A stretch of 63,619 bases of DNA, counting the filler, from Thraustochytrium aureum (lineage: Eukaryota): NCBI GenBank assembly GCA_012862495.1. It is 4 parts of 4 records of this genome, joined end to end, with 100 filler letters (N's around TTAATTAATTAA, not from the genome) between each part and the next. Parts side by side here need not be neighbours in the genome. Positions count along the whole stretch, not along the records: positions 1 to 31,805 come from BLSG01000407.1; positions 31,906 to 52,770 come from BLSG01000410.1; 2 more parts are not named here. One strand, given 5' to 3'. Below are positions 23,426 to 35,500 of the stretch, piece after piece. The position numbers and the translations under genes are program-made. Every line of letters begins with the position of its first letter. The first letter of the stretch is position 1. The notes beneath the pieces are model-generated. The model was not told the origin of the DNA and made no database searches. It saw only the letters and a list, made by a program, of their open reading frames with translations.

Positions 23426-26088
23426 TCTTGCACAAAAGGTTGATGAGACGCGGTGTCGGAGGAGGCTCTTGAGAAGCGTTACCTACCTTCATGCTGGGTA
23501 TTGGGTCCTCTGCAGTCGTACCTGATGAGTCTGACGAGGCAAAAAATGAAACGCCAGCCAGTGTCTCTTGAGCGCAACGCCTGCATTGCAAGTTCCGATC
23601 TCTGGGGCTACTTTCCGCACGGCGTTCTCGCTTCTCGGGTTAATTTGGATGAAATTATATGGTGATTTTACAATTCATTACTTGCCGGGGGTTTGTCGAG
23701 TAATTCCTATCTAGCCGCCGTGGTGCACACCACGAGCAATCCGGGAATGAACCAGTCACGACCGTGCGGGTGCGGGCGAGCGTGCCACAAGCCAGTGCAG
23801 TCCGCCGTCCAGCGCCCCGTTGGCCTTTTTTCCCAGGTGTTTTCACCGGCGAGCATCCCTTCGTGCAACGTGCCGGGACAGGAGAGCAAGTACCAGCTTT
23901 CTTTGCACCGACTCCGATGCGGAAAAGGTGCTGTCGGAACTCGGAGATGCTGTTCAGCACGTCGGTGCTGTTCAACACGCCCAATTCGTTTTCGCGGCCG
24001 GGATGATGCTTGTGTTGTCGACGTATTCGCGATCCACCCCATAGTGCGGCGTGGTGCCCGCGCAGGTTGCGAGCGGGGCACCCGCGGCCGCCCGATGCGA
24101 GCCACCAGGGCCCTCCGAACCGAAGCGAGCTGCGAGTCTCATCTTGACGAGCGACGACAACTGCGAGTCCTTTCTTGACGACACAAACCAAGCAAATCGG
24201 TCCGCATCGCGCGCGAGGCCTTTTGACGGAAGGGCCGACAGGCACTTACGTACCCAGGCTGTGCTTCACCGCCAGGGGCTGTGTGCGAAGGGCCTATGCA
24301 GACAGCGAAAAAGCTGGCTCATCCCGGACTCCTGCAAGGTCCTCGTGAGCACATTCTGGCCTCATCAGTTGAGCGCAGTCGTCACAGTTGCCGCAGGAAG
24401 AAGCCCTCACGCAGAGGCGGGGTCACCAATGATCATCATCAGTGCAGCAGACACCTGGTGTCCGGGCTCGCCGACAACTTGCCCGTCCAGCGCAATCCCG
24501 CGCCGAACGGTCAAAATCTGCAGGCCCCAAGTCGTCTCTCGAGTCGAGAGAACCCTTGCATCAGCATCAGTCGGCGGCCGAAACTCCCGTTCCTCCCGTC
24601 CTTGCTCGTTCGCGCTACCTCTAGAGGACTGCAGCTTCCAGCGTCGCGATGGCGCATGGCGCACTACGTTTGCGGAGCAGCTCGGCCAGTCAGTGCGCCT
24701 TGCGGGCTGCGGGATGTGGGCGCAGGGCCTCCTGGCTGGTGTGCCGATGCCGGTCGGCGCTCATCGTTCTTGAACTCTACGGCTGCCAGCCAGTCGGGCG
24801 ATCGGGCCAGGCCCTTTCTATCTTCACTGGGGCCCTTTGGGGAATGCACTGGCTAACTTGGAAACAGAATGCAGTCAACACTAGCCACTGCAACTATCGC
24901 TCCTGCCTCTTTCCCGATGAAAGTCGGCCAAAGCAACATCAGGCGTCGGACTCGAGAGGGAGATCCGAGAACTGCGCGTTGCGACACCACCCTTGAGCCG
25001 GGACTTTCTCGACGGTGTAATGGCCTCCGATAGGACGGCGCTCAAGAGATGGGCTCCCTTACGCTGTGCTCGCTGGCCTTCGTCACAGCTGCGACACCAG
25101 CCGCAAGAGGAGATATACAAGAGTGAAATTCTCCGAGCCAAGTTTGAAGCAAGCCAGCTTCAGACGAGATCCCAGAGTAAACGCGGCATCAGGCCCTGAT
25201 GGAAGGAAGATGCGAAAGCCCATTTCCCAATCTCACGCCTTCCAACAGCGGCGCATGATCATCGCTTTGCTGTCGAGCGGCAAGTTGTTGCAGTTCTAGT
25301 AGGCCTAGTAGTTGTTTTCTGCTTTGTCGTCGTTGTTTGTTGCCAAGTTGTACTCGCTGTTGACTCTCTGTTGTGCCTGTCAACCACCACCACCACCACC
25401 CACCCATCCACACACGCCATCCTCGCGCCTGCGACAGTCGACAGCGCTTCCGCCAGGCGCATGCACGCGTGCCAAGAGGAAGAGGGCCGATCGATCTAAC
25501 TTTTTTGCTCTGCTCTCTTTCCGCTCTGGAAAGCGGAAAAAAACAAGCAAACCGGTGGAGAAATGGGGCTACGTGCCGCCGCTGCCGGCGGAGACCGCCG
25601 CCGCGCCATGGGCGCCTGCCGCCACTGCCTTACAAAACTACTCGGCTCTCTATCTGCACTGACAGGGCGGCCGACGGACGGTCGCATTCGGCCAACCTGC
25701 GCGTGGAGCAAGTTTGGGACCGAGCGAGCAAGCGAGCGAGCGAGTGAGTGAGTGAGTGGGTTTGCAGATTCATTCCTCCCATGCCGTCGCTGCAACGCAC
25801 GGCAAGCGAGCGCCAGTTCAATCTCTGGCAATCGCGGCCCGAGTCAACAACCTGAAGGCCTTCAACAACATGTGGTTTATTTACTGCATTGGCCAGCTCA
25901 AGCGGGCGTGAGAGGCAAGGTTGGTTGGACTGGTGTCGTCTTTGCTGATCTCGCAAGGCCGCGACGCGCAGCCCCTCCACTTTCGTTCGTTCGTTGCCGG
26001 CAGTTTTGAGAGGGGATCGCTAGCGGTGGCTAACTAGAGTTCGCTGCGGATCGGCCTGGCTGCCCCTGCCGAGGTACGGCCTGGGGAA

Positions 26089-27135
26089 ATGATGCCCAGA
26101 GTCACGGTCGACACTTCGGTGGCGGACGGGGCCGGTCAGCCGACCTGCACGATCATCCAGAGCAGGGGCACTGCTGAGCGCAGGGCGCTGCTGAAGAACG
26201 AAACGGCATACTTGGCTGCTTTCTTGGTCTGGTCGACTTGCTGCGATCGAGTGACGAGGTGGTCGCGGTGTGCCACGCCGGCGCAGGCTTCGGGCTTGCT
26301 TCTTGACGCACTCTGCGCTGCGGGGCCCCTCGCGCGGCTTGCCGAACGGTCGTTTGCGAGCCCTGACTGGGGTTCTTCCTGCCACGTTGTTTACGCTTTG
26401 GCTGCTCTCGCGGGTCTTGACTCATGTGATTGCGAGCGCCTCTCCAACTCCCGAGTAACCTGTACCGTAGAGGACCTACTGCCCGCAAGTGTCGCTCGGC
26501 CAAAGCAGACTCTAGACGCCGTCGACTGGACGGTCGAAGCGAGCCGGGCGCCCAGAGACGGCCCGGCACCGAAGGGCGTGGTGGCTGGATTGGAAGGCCA
26601 GGCGGCAGGGTGCCGACGCGGCGACCCGCTGCGTCGAGGGACCGGTCGCCAACTCGAGCTCGCGCCCGAACCATCCATCGCAGGCCCACGGCCGCACTGG
26701 GCAAGCGATCCTTCCGGGGCTACGCCAGCGCGCTGCATTGTGCGCCACGCGCGGCTCGCCAGATTCGCCCCGACACTCGGATCGGCGTCGGCCGGACAGC
26801 GCACCCCAATCCTCGTCGCGATCAGGGCTGACGTGGCCACCTCGCCCGGCCCCTCGGCGCCGTTGCGCGACGCCCTCGCCGACTACTTTGCGCCCCTGTA
26901 CGCGGAGTTGCAAGCCGGGTACATTGGGGAGACTGGCACAGCGCCCTTGCGCACTCGAACGCGGCTTTGGGCTGTGTTTCGTGGTTTTTTTAAAAGTCGC
27001 AGCAACGAGCTAGCGTCGGAGTCTGCAGCGCCGCGGAGCCGCTGGCAGCCCGCGAAGCTGCGATCTCTAGCAAGAGGCTGCAACCAGCGAGGCGGCCGCA
27101 GCTTTCCAGCCGTGCGGGCTGCAGCGCTTGATTGA
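26089..27135 (+). CDS. Hypothetical protein
   Basis: 348-aa ATG ORF with protein-like composition; no recognised motif. Confidence 0.35.
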   Translation: MMPRVTVDTSVADGAGQPTCTIIQSRGTAERRALLKNETAYLAAFLVWSTCCDRVTRWSRCATPAQASGLLLDALCAAGPLARLAERSFASPDWGSSCHVVYALAALAGLDSCDCERLSNSRVTCTVEDLLPASVARPKQTLDAVDWTVEASRAPRDGPAPKGVVAGLEGQAAGCRRGDPLRRGTGRQLELAPEPSIAGPRPHWASDPSGATPARCIVRHARLARFAPTLGSASAGQRTPILVAIRADVATSPGPSAPLRDALADYFAPLYAELQAGYIGETGTAPLRTRTRLWAVFRGFFKSRSNELASESAAPRSRWQPAKLRSLARGCNQRGGRSFPAVRAAALD

Positions 27136-27187
27136 CTGCGCTGCGAGTCTGCCTGAAAGACTCGGGCGGGCCAGCGCCACAGCGGCG

Positions 27188-27922
27188 CTACGCCCTGCTG
27201 CCAGCAAGCTCTAGCCCTCGCCGGCGCAGTCCAAGCTCCCGCGGCGGCTCGAGCTGGTTTGGAGTGTTCCCTGCCTCAAACGCAAACGTACAGGACGATT
27301 GGTCGCTGGACGGGCCACGTGGAGGGGACAACCGCCAGAACCCTTTCACCGTCATCATCCTCATCATCGACCCGCAAGCAAAGGCGACGCGCAGCTCGAG
27401 CTCGACCCCAGTCCCGTCGCCGAATCGGCTTCGCCGCGACCCGCAAGTCGCGTGGATATCATTGATTCGCGCCTGCTCGAACCGTTCTGTAAGTACTCTG
27501 TGCCCGCCGCCATCGTTGTTCGCCGCTCTCGCCGGTCCCCGCACGTCAAGGCGCGCTCCAGCAGCGAGCGGCCCGCCTGCGCGAAAAGCATTTCGTACAG
27601 TAGAGTAGAGCACCGGGTGCTCGGGCACGTCTGCATCAAGTTGAACGGAACGAGCCGCTGTGCAGCTTGTGCATCGCGTTGGTCTTTCCAGAATAGCTCC
27701 TGCGAGACCTCCACGAGCGCAATCGGATCTTGAGCCGCCAGAGGGCCCTGTCAAGGGGAACCTGGCTAGCTCTGCAGGGTCACCCGCGCGGGCCTCGCAG
27801 CCCCCGTATGTACGAAACTGACTCACTCTGATTTGAGCCTCAGCCAAGTGTTCATTCATCAGGCAGTCCAGCGCCAGTCCAGCGTCACTCGTCAAGACAA
27901 ACGCGGAGAACGACAGCGGCAA
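27188..27922 (-). CDS. Hypothetical protein (start uncertain)
   Basis: 244-aa open frame convergent with 26089-27135; no recognised motif. Confidence 0.2.
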   Translation of the reverse strand: MPLSFSAFVLTSDAGLALDCLMNEHLAEAQIRVSQFRTYGGCEARAGDPAELARFPLTGPSGGSRSDCARGGLAGAILERPTRCTSCTAARSVQLDADVPEHPVLYSTVRNAFRAGGPLAAGARLDVRGPARAANNDGGGHRVLTERFEQARINDIHATCGSRRSRFGDGTGVELELRVAFACGSMMRMMTVKGFWRLSPPRGPSSDQSSCTFAFEAGNTPNQLEPPRELGLRRRGLELAGSRA

Positions 27923-28844
27923 CGACGGCGATACCAGTAAGTGTTGATTGGCTGGCTCGTTGAGCCAGGCTGGCGCGGCGGGCCGCTCGCTGGCACCTGC
28001 CTCATGTCGGAGCTGTCGGGCCTTGCATGTCCCCGCTTTCGCGCTGAATTAAGCGCTCGCTCGTTGCACGTCGCTTTTTGCACGCGCCTCCACCGCAGCG
28101 GCACTGACGGCGGGCGTTCAGGCGAGTGCAGGTGCGACGGTGAGCTGCAGTGCGCCCGTTCCTCAACCAAACAGGCGCGTCCCAGGCCACAGAACAAGGT
28201 AGGTCCACGCAACTTGCTCGCTTGCTGGCTTGCTCGCTTGCTGGCTTGCTGCTCCGAGGCAGGCAGGCGTAACAGAGTNNNNNNNNNNNNNNNNNNNNNN
28301 NNNNNNNNNNNNNNNNNNNNNNNNNNNNNNNNNNNNNNNNNNNNNNNNNNNNNNNNNNNNNNNNNNNNNNNNNNNNNNNNNNNNNNNNNNNNNNNNNNNN
28401 NNNNNNNNNNNNNNNNNNNNNNNNNNNNNNNNNNNNNNNNNNNNNCGGCGACGCATGCGCGATATCTGCCGTCCNCCTTTCCCCGCCGAGCACGCCCAGG
28501 CTCGTACGCCAGGATGGAGCACCTCCTCCTGCCTCTTTGCAGCTGCAATGGCTTGACACCCCCGCGTCGGCCCAGGACTCCCGCCTCTCGGAGGTCCAGG
28601 CCGGTGGTCACGAGTGCAGAGGAGCTGCAGCGGCGGGTGGGTTGGTGAGAGTTTGGCGTGCTTTGATACGGTAGCTCTTGACTTGGCTCGCAGATTTCAA
28701 CATGGACTGACCGAGCTAGCGGGTACCTCAAGAAGCACGAGTTGCCACAGCGGAGGAGGCCGTCTGTCTTCCGAGTGGGCCGTGCGTGCAGCGCAGCATT
28801 CAAGAACAAACACCCCTGACAACGTGTTTGGACTGGCAGGCCGC

Positions 28845-28870
28845 GATCGATCGATCGATCGATCGATCGA
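28845..28870. repeat. (GATC)n palindromic microsatellite
   Basis: gatcgatcgatcgatcgatcgatcga. Confidence 0.9.
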
Positions 28871-29681
28871 ACGGTGAGGCGTGTAGGAAGGCGCCGCATT
28901 GCCACCCCAGGCTGAGCGCGATCGATTCAACCCTCCCGCTTGTCAACGCGAGCGAGGGCGGGCTGGGGAGGCAGACGAAGCAGGCGAAGGCGCCTGGTTT
29001 CGCGCGCGACGACTGACTGGCTCGGTGCGACGGTGAGTGAGGAGGCGTCGGTTTCGCGCGGTTTCGCGCGGCGTGCAGTGCTTGAACGACACGGCGCACG
29101 AGGCAGCAGCGCGTCCTGTGATCGGGCCCGGCTTTCACATTCTGTCACACACAGCGTCGGGGTTGGACAAGTCCAAAGGCAGAATACTGACACATCCTAG
29201 TCGGCGGAAGCGGGTTACTCCGCAGCTGCCGAGCGAGGTTGCATCCACAGTACTCACTTTTGCATAACGACACGCCAATCCAACACGCGCTGGGCCACGC
29301 TGCACTCTTGAACCAGGCTGGCCAAGGTGTTCAGGCCACCATTCGCTGTGCAATCTACAAGCATCGATTGGAACAAGCAGACGCTCACGGATGCAAAGCG
29401 CCCCGGCGGCGCCAACAGCATCCCTTCGCGGTGGCTCGGCTGAGAGCAACAAGCGCAAAGCGGGCGAGAGTAGTAGCAGCAGCAGCAACAACAACAGGGA
29501 CGCCGCAAACGAGGGCGCCAGCCGCCGTCGGACAACAGCGCCTCCCGCACAGACGCAAGGCGAGCTGCACCGATCGCTGCAGAGGAAAAGCGCGTCAGAG
29601 GAGCATGCCCGTTCTATTCATCGCGAGCCACCGACGCTAGAACACCAGCAGCAACTGGCAGAACGGGGCAGCATCTACGGA

Positions 29682-31459
29682 ATGGCCGAGCCCAAGAGCT
29701 CACGCCGGCGGCAGCGCGCAACAACAGCGCCAGGCCAGATTGGCGGCGGCGGCGGCGGCGGCGGCGGTAGTGGCCCGGTCTCGCAGGATGGCGACCGACT
29801 ATACTTCCACCAGCAGCGCAACATCCAAATGACCAATCCAGGCGGCCAAAACGCACCGTTTGCCCACCAAATGNNNNNNNNNNNNNNNNNNNNNNNNNNN
29901 NNNNNNNNNNNNNNNNNNNNNNNNNNNNNNNNNNNNNNNNNNNNNNNNNNNNNNNNNNNNNNNNNNNNNNNNNNNNNNNNNNNNNNNNNNNNNNNNNNNN
30001 NNNNNNNNNNNNNNNNNNNNNNNNNNNNNNNNNNNNNNNNNNNNNNNNNNNNNNNNNNNNNNNNNNNNNNNNNNNNNNNNNNNNNNNNNNNNNNNNNNNN
30101 NNNNNNNNNNNNNNNNNNNNNNNNNNNNNNNNNNNNNNNNNNNNNNNNNNNNNNNNGCCAACGCCGCCAAGTGCCGCCGATACCGCGAGCGGCGCAAACG
30201 ACAGAAGACAGACCTCGAGGGCCAAACCGCTGTTTTAGAGGCAGAGCGTGCTCAATTGCTAGCCTGCATCGCCGAGCTCCAGAACGAGCTCCAGTCATTG
30301 ACCGGCGGCGGCGTCGCGGACCTCCGCGTTGAAAACAACCTGCTGCGCGCCGAAGTGGAACGCCACCGCCTTGTGCGCGAAAGCCTTCTGACACCTGACG
30401 GGCAGCCTTCCCCAGAGGAGCAGTGGCGCGTCCTTACCGCAGGTCTCGAAACAGCTGTTGGTCATGTCGTAGGGCTCGCCAACTCGACCTCGACATGGCG
30501 CACAGGCAAGCCTGTGACACTCGGCGGTGTTCCGATGGAGTTTTGCTACCAGATTCTGCCTCACGGGTCGTCGCTCAACGACGCGCAGCGACTCAACATC
30601 AGCGTTCTCGCAATGCACGTGCCGCTTAGCATGGACGATTTCGACGAGGCCGGCCATTTTTATATTTTGCGATGCAAACCACATCGACAGGAACTTTGAG
30701 CGCCTCGAGTCGATGCAGAATGGCGACTGTGCCCAACCAGGGGCTGGGCGCTCGCGCCGCCGAGCTGCGCCCATCTCTCTGGACGACCTCCTGGGCCAAC
30801 TCAGTCTGCGGGACAACGACATGCCCTTCCACCACATGCGAGTCTTCAAGGTTGCCCAGGCACCTTCGTCCTTGCCGAGTATTCCTGGCGACGGCTCTGC
30901 CTTCTTCATCGCTGGCTCAAAGTCGATTGAAGTAAGGCGCAACGTGGTCGTCGCGGGGGGGGCTAGCGTCCCAGACGGGCTCGTCAAAGGCAAGGTCAGC
31001 GTCCAAACGGTGTCGACCTCCCGGGCCCTGCGTGCAACGCGCATTCTTGGCAGCTCTGACGCCGCCCAGAGCACCTCAAACTCAAACCTGGAGTCGCCTT
31101 TGTTCTTCGGCCACGTTGTGGTGCCACATGAACAGCGCTCGGATTGGTGCCACGCTCGTCTCCTAGGTTCGTTCCCGGTCTCTGATCCCAGCTTTCGCCG
31201 GCTCACGGGGCGCCACGTCCCGCACGTCTCGGAGGACGGCAGCCTTTCTGCCGACTTTGTCGCAGAGCTCAACACGCATTTTTTGCACCAAATCGCCCCT
31301 CGAATCGCGGCGCAGAACTCGCCCGCTGAGGTCGAGGCGCGTCAGTCTCCCGGCAGCAGTGCAGGGCGACGCCGCTGCGCAAGCGATTCTGCGGTCTCGG
31401 AGCAAGGCGCTTGCTCGGCAGAGTCGCGGCCTCTCCAGCGGGAGAACCACCGGCGCTGA
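29682..31459 (+). CDS. bZIP transcription factor with an extended C-terminal domain; internal gap and apparent frameshift at T5 30657-30661
   Basis: Basic region NAAKCRRYRERRK (N-x7-R) is followed by a heptad Leu zipper LEGQTAVLEAERAQLLACIAELQNELQSL. The G/Q-rich N-terminus lies before the gap, so the start is inferred. Confidence 0.8.
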
Positions 31460-31849
31460 CGTGGCGAATCCCACCAATTTCGCGAGCAGGTAGAGCTCGT
31501 TGACAACCACATAACATGCATTCGACGCGTCCAAGACATATTCGTGTTTTTGTTTCCCCCGCTTTCCGCTCCGCCGAGCAGTGGCGAGAGCTCTGACTCG
31601 CTCTCCTACAAGCTGGCGCAGCTCTAGAGAGAGAGAGCTCTCGAGAGCTGGAGCAAGAGCTGTGGAGGGCGCGCCTGCCTGGCGCACTCTACTTGGTCAC
31701 GGCTTCTGCTGGCGGCCGCACAAGCCTGATCGGGCTGCCCACAAGAGCACCTCGACAAGCGAGCTGCTTGAGTTTGCGAACCTCTCGCGCCAGAACGTGC
31801 GCACCNNNNNNNNNNNNNNNNNNNNNNNNNNNNNNNNNNNNNNNNNNNN

Positions 31850-31861
31850 TTAATTAATTAA
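31850..31861. other. Artificial scaffold spacer TTAATTAATTAA between N runs (also 52815-52826, 62338-62349)
   Basis: Identical 12-mer with stops in all six frames, flanked by short N blocks. Confidence 0.9.
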
Positions 31862-31907
31862 NNNNNNNNNNNNNNNNNNNNNNNNNNNNNNNNNNNNNNN
31901 NNNNNCC

Positions 31908-32219
31908 TATGATGAGGGCTTGGACGTGGCGCCGAGCCAGTGCCAGCCAGTCGTCGACAGTCTGAATCTGTGCGACGGCGGCAACGGCAGCGCTTCGCTC
32001 AAATCCTTCCAGGCCACCCTTGCGGCGTATCTGGTTGACAACTTTCGCCCCGCTGGCATCGCGTTCTGCGTGTTCGGTGCAATCCTGCTGCTCGCCTTCT
32101 TCGGCTCGTGCTACCTTGTCTGCTGCGCGCCGTCGAAAAAGCAAGAGGCCGAGGCGAAGCGCAGCGGCCAGCAAAGCGAAAACCGCAACACGACTGGCGC
32201 TCCGATGACGATGGCTTAG
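31908..32219 (+). CDS. 3' fragment of a tetraspanin-like membrane protein
   Basis: Cys-containing loop, amphipathic helix (SFQATLAAYL), terminal TM GIAFCVFGAILLLAFFGSCYLVCC and a short tail. The 5' part is lost in the gap. Confidence 0.55.
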   Translation, partial: YDEGLDVAPSQCQPVVDSLNLCDGGNGSASLKSFQATLAAYLVDNFRPAGIAFCVFGAILLLAFFGSCYLVCCAPSKKQEAEAKRSGQQSENRNTTGAPMTMA

Positions 32220-32531
32220 CGCTCGCACAATCACGTCGAGGGCGCTCGCCAGCTCGGATCGAAGGGCATCGCGGGAGATGCATGGCCGAGTCCTTGGCGA
32301 CTTCTGGGCGCACATTGTACGTAGAGGGGAGGGCGCAGATAGGCGCGCCGAGTCGAGCCGCAGTCTTTTCGTCAGCCTTGGTTTTTTTCCTTTTTTCAAT
32401 TGTTGAATAGACGCGCCGAGGTGAGCTTCCGCTAGAGCTCTTTGGGGGGGGGGGCGGGGGTAGAGTTGATACCTTGCTGCTTGCTTCTCCCACTCACCGT
32501 GGCCGCCTCGGATCTCGCCACCGCCAGCGAG

Positions 32532-35500
32532 CTAGTCGAGCAGTTCCTCCTCTTCCTCTTCCTCAACCACCTCCTCGACAAAAGCCGCGTTGTCGAGATC
32601 CATGTAGTCCGGCCCGGCGTCCGGGCTTGGCAGCGGCGAGGGCGCAGGGAACGGCGTGTAAGGCGTCCCAGGCGGCGGTGAAGGGCTCGGCCCCGGCGGC
32701 GAGGGGCTCGGCATCGGAAAGGCCCCCGGGCTAGGGCTCGGCTCCATGCTGTAATAGTCGTTCGACGGCGTCGCCGAGGCGATCGCAGCGCCGCCCAAGG
32801 CGAACGGGTCAAGAGGCATCGAGCCATGCAAGACCTGGCTGTTCGTCGCTGGAGGCGACGGCGAAAACGTCGACTGCGGCGTCGATACCCCGGCCGACGA
32901 ACGCGGCAGAGAGCCAGCAAACGCCGAGCTTGTCTGCTTGCGCTTTTTCGCCGGCCCACCGTCGGACGGCGCAGTGATCCCGGCGGCCCTGATCACATCT
33001 TCCAATGACGCGATCGCGTCGCGGTTTTCCGCGAAAAACTGCTTGGCCTTGTCGATCAGCAGCGAGGCGTTGATCGTGATCTGGTGTGTCTCGCCGTTAA
33101 AGGTGGCCGAGTTGCTCTGGATCAAGTACAGGTCGTCCATGAACTGCGAGCTGTTCACGTAGTGCAGCTGGTCGATCTGGCGGACCATCTTGTCGAGGTG
33201 CATTGGGCGCTTGATCCGCGTGTAGTACTGTGGGTACAGCTGCTTGTCCACTTTGCGGCAGAATATGCCCGCTTCCGGGATTTTGCGCAGCTCTGCCCAC
33301 AGTCGCTTGAGGAGCACGCCAAGCTCCGCGACAGGGCCACGGCGGCGCGACGAGTTCCGGTCAACTCGCTTGCCGCCGCCAGCCTTGCGCTTCACGCCGC
33401 CCGTGGCCAGCGACTGCCGCTTTAGCGCCTGCACCGCGTTCCGCGGAACGCTGAGCTTGAGCCCCGTGGGGTCCTTGCGCTTGACCTCCTTATTGTCCTC
33501 CAGCTCCACCCAGTACATGGGACACCGTTTTGCAGAGCTGCTGTGGCCCGGGAGCCGGCACGCGCTGCACCGCTTCTGCCCCGGGGTCCCCTGCGTCATC
33601 GGCCAGTCCTGGCCGAACTGGCGCAGGTTGGCCACATACTCGTCGTACCGCCGCTTGCCCTCCACGCGTTCGCGCTCGTTCGCGCGCCGCGTCCGCTCCG
33701 AGACTGGCCCGCCGCGCACTTTGGGGGCCACCTCCTTGACCATGCCCAGCTCGGGCGTGCGCGTCGCGCGATCGCGCAGCCGCTCCCGTACACGCCGAAT
33801 CTCCTCCTTGGCCTTGATAAACTCGACCGTCACCTCCGTGTCGCCGTTCTGGAGCTGTCGGATGATCGTGCGTCGAACAATCTTGATCGGCTTGCCGGGC
33901 TGTTGCTCGCTCCACGCGATGGGCGGTGGGATCTGCCGGGAGGCAGCCGCCTCGGCGGCGCGCCGCACCGCCTCTTCGGCGGCGCGCTTCTGCTCCTCGG
34001 TGGGCTGTGTGCTGGTGATCTTTCGGAAGAACTGCTCGTAGTGAAGCTTTTCGGCCTCCTCGCTGTTGCCAGCCTTGCCGCCCGCCTCGCTGTCCGCATT
34101 GGCTTGCTGGTTTTTCAGCGACGCGAGGAACGAGTTGGCGCCATCGTCGGCGTCCTCGTCCTCGTCCTCGTCCTCGCTGCTTGACGATTCGTCGTCCGAC
34201 TCGTGGTGCAGCTCCAAGTCGGACTNNNNNNNNNNNNNNNNNNNNNNNNNNNNNNNNNNNNNNNNNNNNNNNNNNNNNNNNNNNNNNNNNNNNNNNNNNN
34301 NNNNNNNNNNNNNNNNNNNNNNNNNNNNNNNNNNNNNNNNNNNNNNNNNNNNNNNNNNNNTGCCCTTCCCGCGGCGCTTAGCCCGCTCCTTCTCCTTTTG
34401 CTTTTGGCGCTTGCGTTTCTCGCGCAGCTTGGCCTTTCGCCGCCGCGCCTCCTCCTCTGTTTCTGCCTTGGAGAGGTACACTGGGGGCGTCTCCGAGGCG
34501 AGCGCCTCGCCTTGCACGCGAAACAGCTTGTTGACCTTCTTCTGCACCTCGTCGCGCTCCTTGATCTCCTTCTCCGATATGGTCCTCTGGTTGCGTGCAA
34601 ACTTGCCCAGTGCCGTGAGCTTGTCAGCGCCGCCCGCAGCCGAGGCATACTCTTCGATGAGCATGATACGATCCCACCGGTCGAGAAGATCGATCTCCTC
34701 CGGGCTGTGATTCAGGTTTGAAAGGATGCGCTCACCATCTTGCAATGTGAGCGCACGCAGATCGCGGTCCGTGCCGCCGTACTTGTCGACTGCCTTCTTG
34801 GACTTTTTGTTCGCGTCGTTTTCCGTGTCTTCCTGGGCCTCCGACTTGACGGCTTTGAGCGCCGCAGTGGTGGCCGCAGAGCCCTGGTTTTCGAACTTGC
34901 GCCGCCGCCGCACCGGCCGCTTTGCCAGACCTTCGATAGACTCGGGCAGATAGCTGATCGCCTCCATGCGGCCCGAGGGGTCGCCGAGCCCCGTCAGCTT
35001 GAGCTTTGGCTGCTCCACGGTGCGCTGCGAAATGTAGCTGGTCGTTAGATACCATGGCGTGAGCTGCAGCTCGTCCACGATGAACTGCGCGGCTTTCAGG
35101 TCGCGCTGCGCCTCAAGCGGCAGCATCGGCCGCACCTTTTGGAGGTCGCGCTCCTGCTTCGAATCGGCAATCACGCCAGCTGACCCCCCGGTCTTGACGG
35201 CCTCCTGCAAGGCAAACGCGGCGCGCTCTTTCAGCTGGTACAAGTCGATCAGGACGGCCTGGGCGTGCATCACTCGCGTCACGTCGCACTTGGCGGTCTG
35301 GCAAATGCTCAGGTCAAAGAGGCGCTGCAGGCCCACCTGGAGGCTCTCGTACTGACACACGCTCGGCGTATCGAGCTCTTCTCGCACGTGCTCGTTATCC
35401 GGCTTGAGCACCCAAAGCGCGCCCTCCTTCGCACAGAGACGCTCCACAGCGCGTTTCACAATGCTTGGGTTGATAAGCTTAAACATACCCTGCAGGCGCT

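Noticed and set aside
23522..23555. Hammerhead ribozyme-like CTGATGA...GAAA
   Set aside because: Stem II (GTC-T-GAC) would need a 1-nt loop and is followed by GAGG rather than GAAA. No convincing stems I or III were found.
31850..31861. Recurrent palindrome TTAATTAATTAA
   Set aside because: It is always embedded in N runs, so it is an artificial contig spacer. Adjacency across these joins is not guaranteed.
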